Positions 53,540-64,000 are shown, counted from the stretch's first letter. The stretch: 64,000 nt of DNA from Octopus bimaculoides (GCF_001194135.2 NC_069005.1:1456105-1520104); one strand, 5' to 3'. The notes: a model not told the origin generated them from the letters alone. Numbers and translations: made by a program.

Positions 53540-56062
53540 TTACTCACGTAAGCCACAACAAATTAATGACTTGTGTCCACGAAGTTTTCCCTGCATGACT
53601 CAAACAGGCTCGGTTGAACGCTTCCCGTGAAATAAATATACCAGTGCTGTACAGCAGAGTTAGTCTACAGGGGGAAAAGAAAAGAAACAAAACTTAAAAC
53701 AACATAAGGAGGTCACATGACCAATTCAAACAGTACAAAAGCAATGATGATGATAATGGAGACATTAATTTTAACTCCCTTCCATCATTTAGATGTGGTG
53801 AGGGTGGTGTAGACTCTTCCACTGAACAGTAGCTTAGTGGGATAAATATGGATTCATGTCCAAAGAATTGAAGGAAAAGGAGTTTAGGGGATCCATCCTC
53901 ATCAATTGATAATATATACACAATTACTCTTTTTTTATGATCTTAATATCACCTCAATGTCTTCAACACTTTATCTAAGTTATTTATGTGAACTATAATT
54001 ACAATAAAAATAATGATTATTATTTTAACATTAAACCAAACTAGCCACTGTGCTATTAAAAATCTAAAAAATAAATCACAGGTCCCTTCTGCTTTCAGCA
54101 CTTTTTTTATACAGATACACTCTCGAAGTGGTTGGCGTTAGGAAGGGCATCCAGCTGTAGAAACTCTGTCAGATCAGATTGGAGCCTGGTGCAGCCATCT
54201 GGTTCGCCAGTCCTCAGTCAAATTGTCCAACCCATGCTAGCATGGAAGGCGGACGTTAAACGATGATGATGATGATGATGATGATGTCATCTTCCAGACG
54301 CAACACCTGTTCCTACCTACACTATCCTCTCTTGATCAATATCTGATTTTGTTTATATAGATCACTTTCAAAGAAGCTTGTATCACGAAATTAGAGATGG
54401 CCACAATTGGATTCATATCAAAATAGTCAAACAACAAACAAAATATACAATGAGTCTTGCAAAATTTATAAATTATTACAAAATTATTAGAATTATCAAA
54501 CTTTTTTTATTTATAGTTGAAACAAGTAACTAACCTGACATTGACGACGCCCAGCATGTCCCGAGAGATGTAGTGAAGAATGAAGGCATTCAATATAAAT
54601 GTCAAAATCCTAGTGCTTAGCTGAGAAATAGACAAAGTGATGCAATTATTTTAAAGACATATTTGCATATTTAATAATGTCGTCTTTTACAAAAACTCAG
54701 CTGAGTGTATAGTCTTTCGGTATTGGTCTAACTTAGACAAGAAAGTTCTAGCATTCTAGACTTCATCATAATGGATTAATAATGTAGAAGAAACAGTTCT
54801 AGTTCCAAAATTATGGTAAAGATTTAGTGGACTGTTCCACTAAACAAAAATCATTCACCTACCAGTTGTCATAATTGTATGTCACCTTTTCTCTCTCTAT
54901 CTCTCCCCAACCATTATAATACCCGAAACAGACTTCTGCATTCATTCTAGGGTCAACACTGGCGAGACGTCACTAAATATCGGTTTCAAATTTTGGCAGA
55001 AGCCCAGCAATTTCGGGGTGGATGGAGTGAAGTCGACTACATCGACCCCAGGGTTCAACTGGTAATTACTTTAACCCCCACGAAACTATCGAACTCAGAA
55101 CGTGAAGACGGAGGAAATGTTGCTAAGCATTTCGCCCGGCGTGCTAACGGTTCTGCCAGCTCACCGCCTTTTAGGGACGTAACTGAATATTCTTTTCTAC
55201 TCTAGACACAAGGCCCGAGATTTTGGGGGAGAGGGCGCCAGTCGATTAGATCCATCGCAGTACGCAACTAGTACTTATTTATCGACCCCGAAAGGATGAA
55301 AGGCAAAGCCGACCTCGGCGGAATTTGAATTCAGAACGTAACGGCAGACGAAATACTGCTAAGCATTTCATCCAGCGTGCTAACGTTTCTTATTTCTTTA
55401 TTGCCCACAAGGAGCTAAACATAGAGGGGACAAACAAGGACACACAAATGGATTAAGTCGATTACATCAACTCCAGGGCGTAACTGGTACTTAATTTATC
55501 GACCCCGAAAGGATGAAAGGCAAAGTCGACCTCGGCGGAATTTGAACTCAGAACGTTGACGTTTCTGCCAGCTCACCGCCTTACGCAACTAAATATTGCG
55601 GGATATTTGATTCAAAACTCGGTCGTTTCTTCTACTTTACAGTGAAATTTATTTTAACCATTTAAAATGTCATATTTAGACACAACATCAACAACAAAAT
55701 AACTTCAATTTTGTAAGTAAACTTCGAGAAAGCATAACTGTAATTTTAATGTAAACAAAAAGCAGCAGTTGTTACATTATAAAAACAAAATAACAGATAC
55801 AAGTAAAACTAATAATTGAGTTCCTGGTCCCCAATCGGGGAATATATTCGTTAATTCTATAATCCATTGATATTAATTTAATTCCAAATATGCAAAGGAT
55901 TAAGACAGTGCGCGTACATTCGTAAACACGTATGAAGTAAATTGGAACGAAACCGGTTCGCGAAGAAAGAAGTATCGTAAATAAAGTGATATTTAATACC
56001 TGAAGAATAATATTATAGGATGCGGCTTTAGCAGCCCCTGAGAGTAGATTTGAAGCTTTCAT
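44248..56062 (-). CDS. RFT1: Protein RFT1 homolog (Man5GlcNAc2-PP-dolichol translocation protein), 14 coding exons: complement(join 44248-44436,44815-44935,45725-45853,46519-46624,47442-47586,47742-47872,48657-48707,49308-49386,50515-50646,51592-51693,52647-52836,53548-53664,54535-54620,56000-56062)
   Basis: Exons joined by hand give 1641 nt = 546 aa + stop with consistent phases and GT-AG at every junction. The translation aligns end to end with RFT1 as recalled (e.g. [80 protein letters not shown]). Confidence 0.96.
44815..44935 (-). CDS. RFT1: RFT1 coding exon 13 ([41 protein letters not shown])
   Basis: ttgcag acceptor, GTGAGT donor; 121 nt. Confidence 0.93.
45725..45853 (-). CDS. RFT1: RFT1 coding exon 12 ([43 protein letters not shown])
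   Basis: tttctcag acceptor, AG|GTATT donor (read-through hits a stop within 4 codons); 129 nt. Confidence 0.93.
46185..46223 (-). ncRNA. Degenerate hammerhead motif in RFT1 intron 11 (sense strand)
   Basis: UCUA-CUGAUGA-GGUCU(AAUG)AGACU-GGAA-CAUAU-C^UGGA; all helices present, but GAAA reads GGAA. Confidence 0.5.
46519..46624 (-). CDS. RFT1: RFT1 coding exon 11 ([35 protein letters not shown])
   Basis: ttaccag acceptor, GTGAGT donor; 106 nt. Confidence 0.96.
47442..47586 (-). CDS. RFT1: RFT1 coding exon 10 ([48 protein letters not shown])
   Basis: ttttcag acceptor, GTCAGT donor; 145 nt. Confidence 0.96.
47742..47872 (-). CDS. RFT1: RFT1 coding exon 9 ([44 protein letters not shown])
   Basis: ctcacag acceptor, GTTTGT donor; 131 nt. 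Confidence 0.96.
48657..48707 (-). CDS. RFT1: RFT1 coding exon 8 ([17 protein letters not shown])
   Basis: tttcag acceptor, GTAAGT donor; 51 nt. Confidence 0.96.
48860..49050. repeat. Degenerate about 25-bp minisatellite (GCTGGTGCCACATAAAAAG-like) upstream of an RTE-type tail in RFT1 intron 7
   Basis: About 7 imperfect units. Confidence 0.7.
49308..49386 (-). CDS. RFT1: RFT1 coding exon 7 ([26 protein letters not shown])
   Basis: cttgtag acceptor, GTAATT donor; 79 nt. Confidence 0.96.
50515..50646 (-). CDS. RFT1: RFT1 coding exon 6 ([44 protein letters not shown])
   Basis: tttttccag acceptor, GTATGG donor; 132 nt, phase 0-0. Confidence 0.9.
51240..51500 (-). mobile_element. Helitron Rep fragment in RFT1 intron 5
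   Basis: [29 protein letters not shown]...[29 protein letters not shown] matches the Helitron [34 protein letters not shown] pattern. Confidence 0.82.
51592..51693 (-). CDS. RFT1: RFT1 coding exon 5 ([34 protein letters not shown])
   Basis: tctacag acceptor, GTAAGC donor; 102 nt. Confidence 0.96.
52647..52836 (-). CDS. RFT1: RFT1 coding exon 4 ([30 protein letters not shown]...QAFMFVKLK)
   Basis: ttccag acceptor, GTAAGT donor; 190 nt. Confidence 0.96.
53548..53664 (-). CDS. RFT1: RFT1 coding exon 3 ([38 protein letters not shown])
   Basis: pyrimidine tract + tgtag acceptor, GTGAGT donor; 117 nt. Confidence 0.96.
54121..54287 (+). repeat. RTE-type 3' tail ending in (GAT)n; further copies in RFT1 introns at about 45340-45500(-), 49080-49210(+), 49555-49600(+), 51720-51785(-), 53300-53360(-)
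   Basis: GGAAGGGCATCCAGCTGTAGAAAC...CCAACCCATGCTAGCATGGAAGGCGGACGTTAAACGATGATG. Confidence 0.8.
54535..54620 (-). CDS. RFT1: RFT1 coding exon 2 ([29 protein letters not shown])
   Basis: tttctcag acceptor, AG|GTTAG donor; 86 nt. Confidence 0.95.
54985..55585 (-). mobile_element. Three tandem, same-orientation family-A SINE copies in RFT1 intron 1
   Basis: ATCGACCCC..GAAAGGATGAAAGGCAAAG.CGACCTCGGCGGAATTTGAA.TCAGAACGT at about 55281 and 55499; an internally deleted copy at about 55040. Confidence 0.85.
56000..56062 (-). CDS. RFT1: RFT1 coding exon 1 ([21 protein letters not shown])
   Basis: ATG at 56062, CAG|GTATT donor; 63 nt. Confidence 0.92.
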
Positions 56063-57569
56063 CTTTCTTTAAATATCAGTAGTTTTTGGTTAATATTGAA
56101 AAGTTTAAACGAGAAAAACACTCCGATAACTTCCATGTTGTTGGAAGATCGCTTAACACATAGTGTCAATATTAAAATTTTAACATATTTCTTTTTACAA
56201 AATTAAAAAAAGGAAAACAAAGAAATATAAAATTTAAAATATTTAATAGAAATTTAAATTTGTAAATAATTCTTCACTAGCCAGTACTTATATTTAGCCA
56301 ACCTTTTCAGAGTACATAAGCGATGTTTCAATTAAGGAAGTACTTTACCCAGGGAAAACTTGTTTTGTTGTCGTTCTATTTAAATGGAAATTCTTTTTTT
56401 TTACGAAAGGCAAACATCATTTATTTATTAAATACAGTATTCATGGAACGAAACAAAAAAATTATTTCTTTAACTGTAGGCGTTAGCTTCGCTGTGTAAT
56501 TAAATTCGCTAAGCAACAAGTTTTTTGGGTTCACTTGCCCAAGGTACCACTATGTGACACTTTGGGTCAGTGTCTTTTACTATAGGTCTGGGTCAACTAA
56601 TACTTTATTTCTAAGGGGATTTGATATGCAAAACTACACACACACACACGTGTGTGTGTGTGCCTCAAATTCGACTTAGTTCAGAATATCCGGGGGTGTT
56701 CGTCACTGAGGAGACCAAATGAGATCGCATCACCGTATCTAACGATCCACCTCAACATACTGAGAGCGACTTGGATGTTTTTTTAAATGGCCTTTTGCAA
56801 AGTTTGTCTGTGAATAAATATTACAGCTAGCGCTGTTCTACGATTGCATATATACATTATAAATGTTATACACACCGCCGTTCTAATCTAATTCTGTTTT
56901 AAGTGCTGGGATATGCTCCAGCTATGCAAGTCATGCATGACCACTGGATTGAAGGGATCTCCTATTCTGACCATTTCCCATCCCGTTAAAAATAGCTTCG
57001 AACCTCCTTATCTGTCAGTTTTTTTGTAATTGGTGTCGCTAAAGACTGACCACATGGCTTAATGGATTTGGCCTCAGTCTAAAAATAAAAACCTTTTCAA
57101 AATTCTTAGTCAAATCGGCTTTGCCAATTGAACAAAATTATTCATTTTCTCTTTGATATTTAATGTTCGTTGTTACATTCCTGGACTTTTTTTTGATTTT
57201 TGATTATCTGACCCAAGTTGGAATTTCTCCCTTTTGACCAGGAAAAACCGGAATGTGTAATCTTTGTTCATGTATTAATCTTAGTTAAGCATGCTCTGCT
57301 ATAAAAGAATGCAAGATATTTTTTCGACAATAAATGGACTGGGTGCATTTTTTATGAAATCGCCTAGAAGGGCTGATGTGGTTAGGTAACATAGTTTAAA
57401 AAAGATTCCCCAAAGCTGCAGGAACTGCATGGAACTAATCCTCATATCTTGTTCTTACTATAAAAGAAAATTGTAATAGAGGAGACATAGAAAGAAAATC
57501 ATAGAGATGGTGTCTAGTTTTCACATTGTGGGACAGACAGACAGAATCTCCCTTTTATATATATAGATG

Positions 57570-57880
57570 TCATGTGTTGCTTTTTGTACTTGGTTTGCAA
57601 GATTCTTGATGTGAATTTGTGTGTTGAAACATTTTGTTGTTATAATTTCTGTTCCTTCTCTGGAACTTTCTGTTTCTTGTTGGTAGAGATCACCATTTTG
57701 TCACTATTGACATTTTTTTGGCCATCTTGAAACGTCTGAACCACTTCTACCCCTGTGTGTGGCTCATACACTTTCTGCAACTTTGCGTAAGCTTCTGAGC
57801 AAGTATCGCCATGACAACTTTCTCTGTCATGGTCAATGCAACAATTATGCTACTTCGAAGCACTGGTGTAAACAGCGGAA
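57570..57880 (-). mobile_element. Mariner N-terminal fragment
   Basis: GDTCSEAYAKLQKVY..SHTQG*KWFRRFQDG resembles the mariner HTH. Confidence 0.65.
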
Positions 57881-60318
57881 GTGAGCTAGAACGTTAAAAT
57901 TTGGTGCACGTGCACAGCAGAGTTCAAGGTCAATCTGTGCCATGCAGCTTCACTCTGCATGCTTTAGCTTTGTTACTATGGCAAAAGTCTGGATACTTAT
58001 TGTTCAGACTATATTCTATGTTGTACCATTTTTCTTTGATGCTCTTTCATTTGACTTAGGTATTTAAAATCTTTGTGGCATTTCTGATCTTTCTCATATC
58101 TTACAATGGATATCAATGTCTATGAGTTTTTTTTTTCAGATGTAACTCTGGGGGACAAAAAGGCAAATTTGGTGCTCGAATGTTGTTTTTCACGTGTCAC
58201 TAGCACCTTTGGTCTAAACTATATTAAGAAAGTAATGTTTTAAATTGTCAAGAATAAGTTATAAAAATGCCAGTGTGGAACCTGAAATGAAAGAGAAAAC
58301 TGCCAAAAAAGTAGCAGTAGATGAATTGAATGAGGTCAGTGAGAAATCAAAAGAGCAAATATGAGGCAAGCAATTTGATGCAGAAGTGGTCTAATTCCAT
58401 TCACATTTTCAAGTCCACTTGTAAATCAGGCCTCAGGTACACTTGATGCCACCATGACAAACCAAGCATCAGATGGCCAGCTTGGCACTGCCTTGGAAAG
58501 TTTGGTTAAAGGAAAACAAAAAGATGGATGCTTGAGTCACATTCAAAGTTATTTCTTTGGATTAGTCGTGTCACATTCAAAGTTATTTCTTTGGATTAGT
58601 CGTGTCACATCAACGACACACAACCACCATCCTCTACCATCAAAATGACAGCATTTTACATCATTTGAAAAATGGTACTTAATAGATGCATCAAATATAT
58701 ACACTTCATATATTTGATATAGAATAATTGAATATTTTATTGAAAATACTTTGAAGGATTGGATCCAAAGAAAACAAAATATGAGGGAAATTTTTATATA
58801 AATTGTTTTAATATTTTACTGAGGTTAATAGAATAAAATTTCTTTATTTAAAGGTTACAGATTCCCCATCTGTTATTTTATTAAATTGCTGGTCAATCTG
58901 CATCATAAAAGTATCAGTAATTCACACACACACACACACAAGTTATTCATATTCATGATTTATACAAAGAATTACAAAGAAAGTCTGTGGAGTTTACTGC
59001 TCACAGTTGAGTTTGGTTTATATGTGGATAAAATCCCCAATGAAATCCCTTCAAAAGTGTTTATCCCTGGAAACAGTTGAACTCCTGTCCATTTTTATGA
59101 GTTCTACTGCTCAACCAGGAGATGGAAATATTATGTAAACAATAAATGTGAAAGTGCTGTTCCAAAATTGCAAGGCACAGTGTGTCAGAGAGAACGAAGA
59201 TGGCGGTGGAGGGGGAACAAGCTCAACATGATTGTGTGTGTGTGTGTGTGTGAGAATCGTCATCATTTTAACATCCACTTTTCCACATTTGCATGGGTTA
59301 ATGTGTGTGTGTGTGTGTGTGTGTGTATGTCTGTGTGTGTGTGTGTATCTATGGTGTTAAATACTTACGTCTGCATGCATATATGCATAGGAGTATATGT
59401 ATACATAGTGAGGGCACATGACCTAGTGGTTAGGGTGTTGCACTTACAATTATGAGATCGTAGGTTCAGTTCCCGGGCTGGCCGAGGCATCGTGTTCTTG
59501 AACAAAACATTTCATCTCTCATTGCTCTGCATGACATAACACACCTGACATGTGGTATGTCGTGCATCCACCTGTACGAGCAATGTATACACAAGTCTAG
59601 GCTATGAGAACAATTTGCTTTGAAACCAGGTGGTTTTGTGTTCTACCTCACTGCCCAGTACCCTTGGGCAAGTGTCTTCTACTGTGCTAGTAACTGGAAT
59701 TAGATGGAAACTGTATGGAAGCCCATTGTTTGTGTGTGTGTATATATATAATGGCTGACGACTAGCATCATGCTTGAAATTCAAGATTACCAACGAATTG
59801 GAATCAAACTGTTTTTATCCATATATATATATATATACACACACACATACATATGCATGTATATATAGTGTTTTTGTGCTTAGATATTCTTGGATATGAA
59901 AGGTGTTTGTTTTGATTATATTTCGAAATATGTGTGCTTGTACAGGTGAGATTGTAACATTGACTAATCAGGACTCACAAATACATTTAGTATATTTAGT
60001 ACAATACAGTTTCAAACAAACATATCAACCCCTAAGTACACAAATCTGATTAAGTACCTGGCAAAATTACCTGACTGTTAGCAGCAATGTCAGACAAATC
60101 TCAATGAGATTTACCTGACAGTAATTAGAAAATGGTAGTCCACTGGTGGTGTAGTGGCCTTCATCAGTTGTAATTTACATAGAAATAAATCAAAGAATCC
60201 CTGCTTGAAACAACAATCTCTCTTTCATCTCATCACACATCAAACCTTTTCTTCAAGATTTAGTCTTTCTCACAAAGACAGGCGTTTGAGGTTTTTTTTG
60301 CCTCCTTTTTGTTCTGAA

Positions 60319-63222
60319 TCATGCCTCACTTATGAATTCATTATCTTTCAAAACAGAAAATGTTACTTCACTTAGTTTCATTGGTTCATAAGTGAAATCA
60401 TCACTCAACAATACGGCCAGTGTAGATCCTCGTTCTGATTTCAAATCTTTGAATTTCCGTATGGCATCATATTGCCTTTGGCTTGTGTCTATGCCTGTCG
60501 TAGGTACTCCAGGGGTCAATATATGGGAAAATGGGTAAACAGTCTCCAGGAAACTATCTATAAACATTTTCTTATGGGTGTTGCTGTCCCGTCGAGCTGT
60601 TCGACTCCTCTCTTTCTGCTTCTCAATCCAAGTGTCACGAAGTAATTGCATCATGTCAAATTGATCTGCAACCAAAGGGAAAGATGCCAAAACCGAACTC
60701 GATATCAGCTCCGTGTTATCTGAATCGATTCTGTCTCGTAGGAGAGCCTTTGCCAGAATGTTCCGGTACAATGCATAAAAATGCATCAGGCACACGTTAC
60801 CAATGATGGTATGAGGTAAACTGTTTAAAACATCTTTCTGTTCTTTTTTGGGAGGGAAAACTTTGACCACTAATGTTGGCTTTTGGTGCCCAGTAAAAAG
60901 ACTAAGAAAGGAATTCTCTTCAACTGCATTTGAAAACCTGGAATCAAGAGGAATACCTCTATCATAGGGAGTTCCACCATGAAGGGGCAATTCATAAGTA
61001 CGGTTTGTCATGGTTTCTTCAGATAATAAAAGCTTAGTCCAACCACAACTGAATATTCCTTGTTCCTGGGTGTCTTGTTGGGTATATGACAGACACAGCT
61101 CAAACAGTAAATTTATCTGATTCCCTGAGTAATTTGTTCTCACAAAGAATTCTGTATGTAAACTGACATCCATATTATCGGAGACACGAGAAGAAAAATT
61201 CCAAGACTTTTGAGATTTATCAACTGATTGCACTTTGATTGTGTGTATGTTACTCAAGACATTTTTCCCATCAAAAATACAAACTCGTATGCATCGACAC
61301 TGGACATCAATACCCGGACCTGTTTGTGGAATGTTCCGGCAAGACTGAATACTCACAATTTTTAAAATATTTACACTATAAGGACAAATTTGTTTGTCTG
61401 ACGGAGAGTAAAACAAATCTGTATAGCTCATTGCTGTTTTACTCAAGGACGGATGAAGTGCTTTCTCCATGCGATACTCCGAGTTGGCAGCCCATAAACT
61501 ACTCAGAGTAGAAGGTCGGAAACCAGATGGCACGGTACCTTTTGCTTGAAGAACATCAACAATGGATTGTTCTTGAATTGATTCTTTGATAGTTTGCCAA
61601 AGTTGTTTAGCAGAACGAGTTTTTGGTTTATCTCCTCCACTCTCCACTTTCACATCTTCATCTATATCTGAGTCTTCTTCCTCTTCATTTTCTTTCTCTT
61701 CTTCCTCAGAGTTATCATCACTGTCACTTTCTCCTTCGTCTTTTCTTGATTCTTCAGCGCTATCCTCTTCTTCCTCCTCCTCATCATCAGTAGGAGACCT
61801 CATCTGCAGATAGGTGCTGGGCACCAGGCCTTGAAAACCATCATTATTCTCAGCAAGCCACCAACCATTTCGATGGGCCTGCACTATTTTTAGAACTTCA
61901 CCTTTCTTAAAACTCAGATCACTTGTCTCTTCTTTCTCATAATTTGATAATGCAATAAAATACTTCGTAGGAAGTTCCATTTCTTCATCAGACTCCTCCT
62001 CCTCCTCCTCCTCATCATCATCTTCCTCATTTGTAGAATCCTCTTTTTCCTCATCCACTTTACTCAGCTCCTCCTCTGCCTCTTCTTCATCAGACTCCTC
62101 CTCCACCTCTTCTTCATCTGACTCCTCCTCCTCCTCCTTCTTTCCTTCATCTTTCTCCTCCTTCTTTCCTTCATCTTCCTCTTCCAAGAGTTCCTTAGTT
62201 TTCGAAGGTAATTTCTCTTTATGATGAAGATTATGTTTCAAAACTGATTTCATGTCAGCGATTAACTTTGATTTCAAACCTTTCTTCTTCTGGTTGGTCA
62301 CGGAACTTTCACTTTCTGTGGTTGTTGCTGCTGCTGCTTGTCCCTCGTGAGGATCTGGCGTGGGAACAACTTGAGTGGGGCTTTTCTCAGATTTCGATTT
62401 CTGATTCAAAATTTTCGACTTGGATTTCGAAGAAGAATGGCTACTTTTAAAAGACTTTACCTTACCAACATCTTCATCCTCTGTAACTGCAACGCTAGTA
62501 CTACTAGCTGGGCCACTCGTGCTAGCAGTGGCACTAGTACTAGCTGCGCCCTCTTCTTCCTCTTCGTCATTATCATCCTCTTCATTGTCACCATCGTCTT
62601 CATCGTCGTCGTCATCATCATTGCTTTCATCACACTCGTCCACATTTTCAGATATATCTTCGTTTATTTCTTTTTCAGAATCTCCTGCAATACTTTTCCC
62701 GGAAATGGTGCTTCCAGACTGGGAATCTCTCTTACTACTGTTATTATTGTTTTCTTTCTTCGATCGATTTTGCTTCTCAGAAATCTCCTTTTGCTTTTTC
62801 TTTGTCGTGATGCGTTTCGCTGCCGCCTTTTCCCCCGTATCTCTATCCTTGGTACTTTCAACTTTTCTGCTAACTTCGCTTTCTTCTGGTGTTGTTTGTT
62901 GAACAATAACATCGTAAGTATCTGATACTAGTTTCTGTTGGGTGGCCACTTTTTTTAGAAGGCTCTTTTTCTTGGAATCGAAATTCTTCTGTTGCTTCGG
63001 ATCTTTATTTTCAAGTAAATTAATTTCCTTCGTTAAACTTTCCAGCTCGTTCGCTAAACTTTTACATTCTTCGCTTAACGCCGAAACATTTTCCGACTCC
63101 TTGACGTCCGGATTCAACTTCTTAAACTTTTTAAACTTCTTTAGAAACAAATCTGTATCTTTTTTTAATTTATCATACGAATTCGATAAAGTCTGAAGCG
63201 CAACTGGTGTCTTGCCCAACAT
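60319..63222 (-). CDS. NPHP1: Nephrocystin-1, single-exon ORF (967 aa from ATG at 63222)
   Basis: N-terminal coiled coil, acidic tracts, SH3, then the nephrocystin homology region with motifs matching NPHP1 as recalled (VDVLQAKGTVPSGFRPSTLS, VCIFDGKNVLSNIHT, LLFELCLSY, SCGWTKLLL, TYELPLHGGTPYDRGI, LPHTIIGN, YEPMKLSE). The ORF-track start is a TTG at 63255; the first ATG (MLGKTP) aligns with the NPHP1 N-terminus. Confidence 0.95.
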   Translation of the reverse strand: MLGKTPVALQTLSNSYDKLKKDTDLFLKKFKKFKKLNPDVKESENVSALSEECKSLANELESLTKEINLLENKDPKQQKNFDSKKKSLLKKVATQQKLVSDTYDVIVQQTTPEESEVSRKVESTKDRDTGEKAAAKRITTKKKQKEISEKQNRSKKENNNNSSKRDSQSGSTISGKSIAGDSEKEINEDISENVDECDESNDDDDDDEDDGDNEEDDNDEEEEEGAASTSATASTSGPASSTSVAVTEDEDVGKVKSFKSSHSSSKSKSKILNQKSKSEKSPTQVVPTPDPHEGQAAAATTTESESSVTNQKKKGLKSKLIADMKSVLKHNLHHKEKLPSKTKELLEEEDEGKKEEKDEGKKEEEEESDEEEVEEESDEEEAEEELSKVDEEKEDSTNEEDDDEEEEEEESDEEMELPTKYFIALSNYEKEETSDLSFKKGEVLKIVQAHRNGWWLAENNDGFQGLVPSTYLQMRSPTDDEEEEEEDSAEESRKDEGESDSDDNSEEEEKENEEEEDSDIDEDVKVESGGDKPKTRSAKQLWQTIKESIQEQSIVDVLQAKGTVPSGFRPSTLSSLWAANSEYRMEKALHPSLSKTAMSYTDLFYSPSDKQICPYSVNILKIVSIQSCRNIPQTGPGIDVQCRCIRVCIFDGKNVLSNIHTIKVQSVDKSQKSWNFSSRVSDNMDVSLHTEFFVRTNYSGNQINLLFELCLSYTQQDTQEQGIFSCGWTKLLLSEETMTNRTYELPLHGGTPYDRGIPLDSRFSNAVEENSFLSLFTGHQKPTLVVKVFPPKKEQKDVLNSLPHTIIGNVCLMHFYALYRNILAKALLRDRIDSDNTELISSSVLASFPLVADQFDMMQLLRDTWIEKQKERSRTARRDSNTHKKMFIDSFLETVYPFSHILTPGVPTTGIDTSQRQYDAIRKFKDLKSERGSTLAVLLSDDFTYEPMKLSEVTFSVLKDNEFISEA
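61801..61968 (-). other. SH3 domain within NPHP1
   Basis: YFIALSNYEKEETSDLSFKKGEVLKIVQAHRNGWWLAENNDGFQGLVPSTYLQM shows the canonical SH3 signatures (ALY-like, DLSF.KG, WW, GLVPS.Y). Confidence 0.97.
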
Positions 63223-64000
63223 TATTACGCCTGTGTATGTAGAAGTTGGGCGCAAGTTTGTGTACGAATATATGAATGAATAAACGTGGATGCTCGCGCC
63301 AATGTATGTCTTTATATGTCTGTGTGTGTGTGTATCTATCTATATATATGTGTGTGTGTGGATCTATCTGTTCGTATTAACATTCTTTACAAAAACTCGA
63401 ACAAAGTTTACACGTTGTTAAGGCGAAGCGTTATTAACAACGCGCCACCTACAGGAAAGAAAGCAAACCGAAAAGAATAAAAGGAGGAGGTAAGGCCGAG
63501 TGGAAAATAAAACGTTAAATCAAAGGGAGGTAATTTGGTTAATTATTTTCGCCCTTTTAAAAAATGCGTCTGGAATGGAAGTGACAAATAATAGATTAAA
63601 AAGGGGCGGTCTTCGAGTTTACGCGTTCACTTTCTCAAGTTAACATGTAGCTTCTCTCCTTTGTTTGGTTGTTGGTGAAAATGGAGAATGTGTGCGTGTG
63701 TGTGTGTATGTATGTATGTACAGTATATATATATATATATATATATATATGGTGGTGGTTGTCTACTCCTTAAACAGAGTTTGACCACCTCCTGCACCTA
63801 CATCTTAGCCCTTTCATGGCGTCTGATGTGGCTTTTTAAACCAGACAGTGTTTTGAAAAAACACCCACACAGATTGCACCTCTGATTTGCACTACCAATA
63901 CCTGCAAGTAAGTTCTGCTCATTGTGGATCCTAACATGTCTTTTAAGACCCCCATTGGATTTGCAAACCCTCTGGCATACACCACATTCAAACGTGTGCA

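Noticed and set aside
61239-63196. Plus-strand ORFs overlapping NPHP1 (e.g. 62338-62925, 62420-62902)
   Set aside because: They are antisense shadows of the low-complexity acidic coding region.
63223-63255. TTG-initiated 11-aa N-terminal extension of NPHP1 in the ORF track
   Set aside because: Non-ATG start; homology begins at the ATG at 63222.
1-64000. Prokaryotic operon, defence system or prophage
   Set aside because: Spliceosomal introns, SINEs and microsatellite density show this is animal nuclear DNA; no bacterial-type gene cluster is present.

Overview
AT-rich, microsatellite-saturated, gapped animal genomic scaffold. The repeat landscape (tRNA-derived SINEs, RTE/Tx1/R4/Penelope retroelement relics, Tc1/mariner, Helitron) is most consistent with an octopod cephalopod; this is inference. 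Two host genes lie in tandem on the minus strand. (1) RFT1: 14 coding exons reconstructed by hand (44248..56062, 1641 nt, 546 aa, all GT-AG). (2) NPHP1 (nephrocystin-1): one uninterrupted 2.9-kb ORF (60319..63222) with an enlarged acidic linker. In 1-44 kb I recognise no host coding exon, only transposon relics, SINEs and simple repeats; this includes a full-length but frameshifted DD37D (maT) transposon. The most unusual signal is a set of dispersed minimal type I hammerhead-ribozyme motifs. One sits inside a tRNA-headed SINE flanked by a 15-bp inverted repeat, suggesting a Pol III-driven, ribozyme-carrying element possibly mobilised by the Penelope-like elements whose relics are also present. 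Almost all other listed ORFs are microsatellite or N-gap artefacts. All assignments are from visual reading and recalled family motifs; no database search was run.
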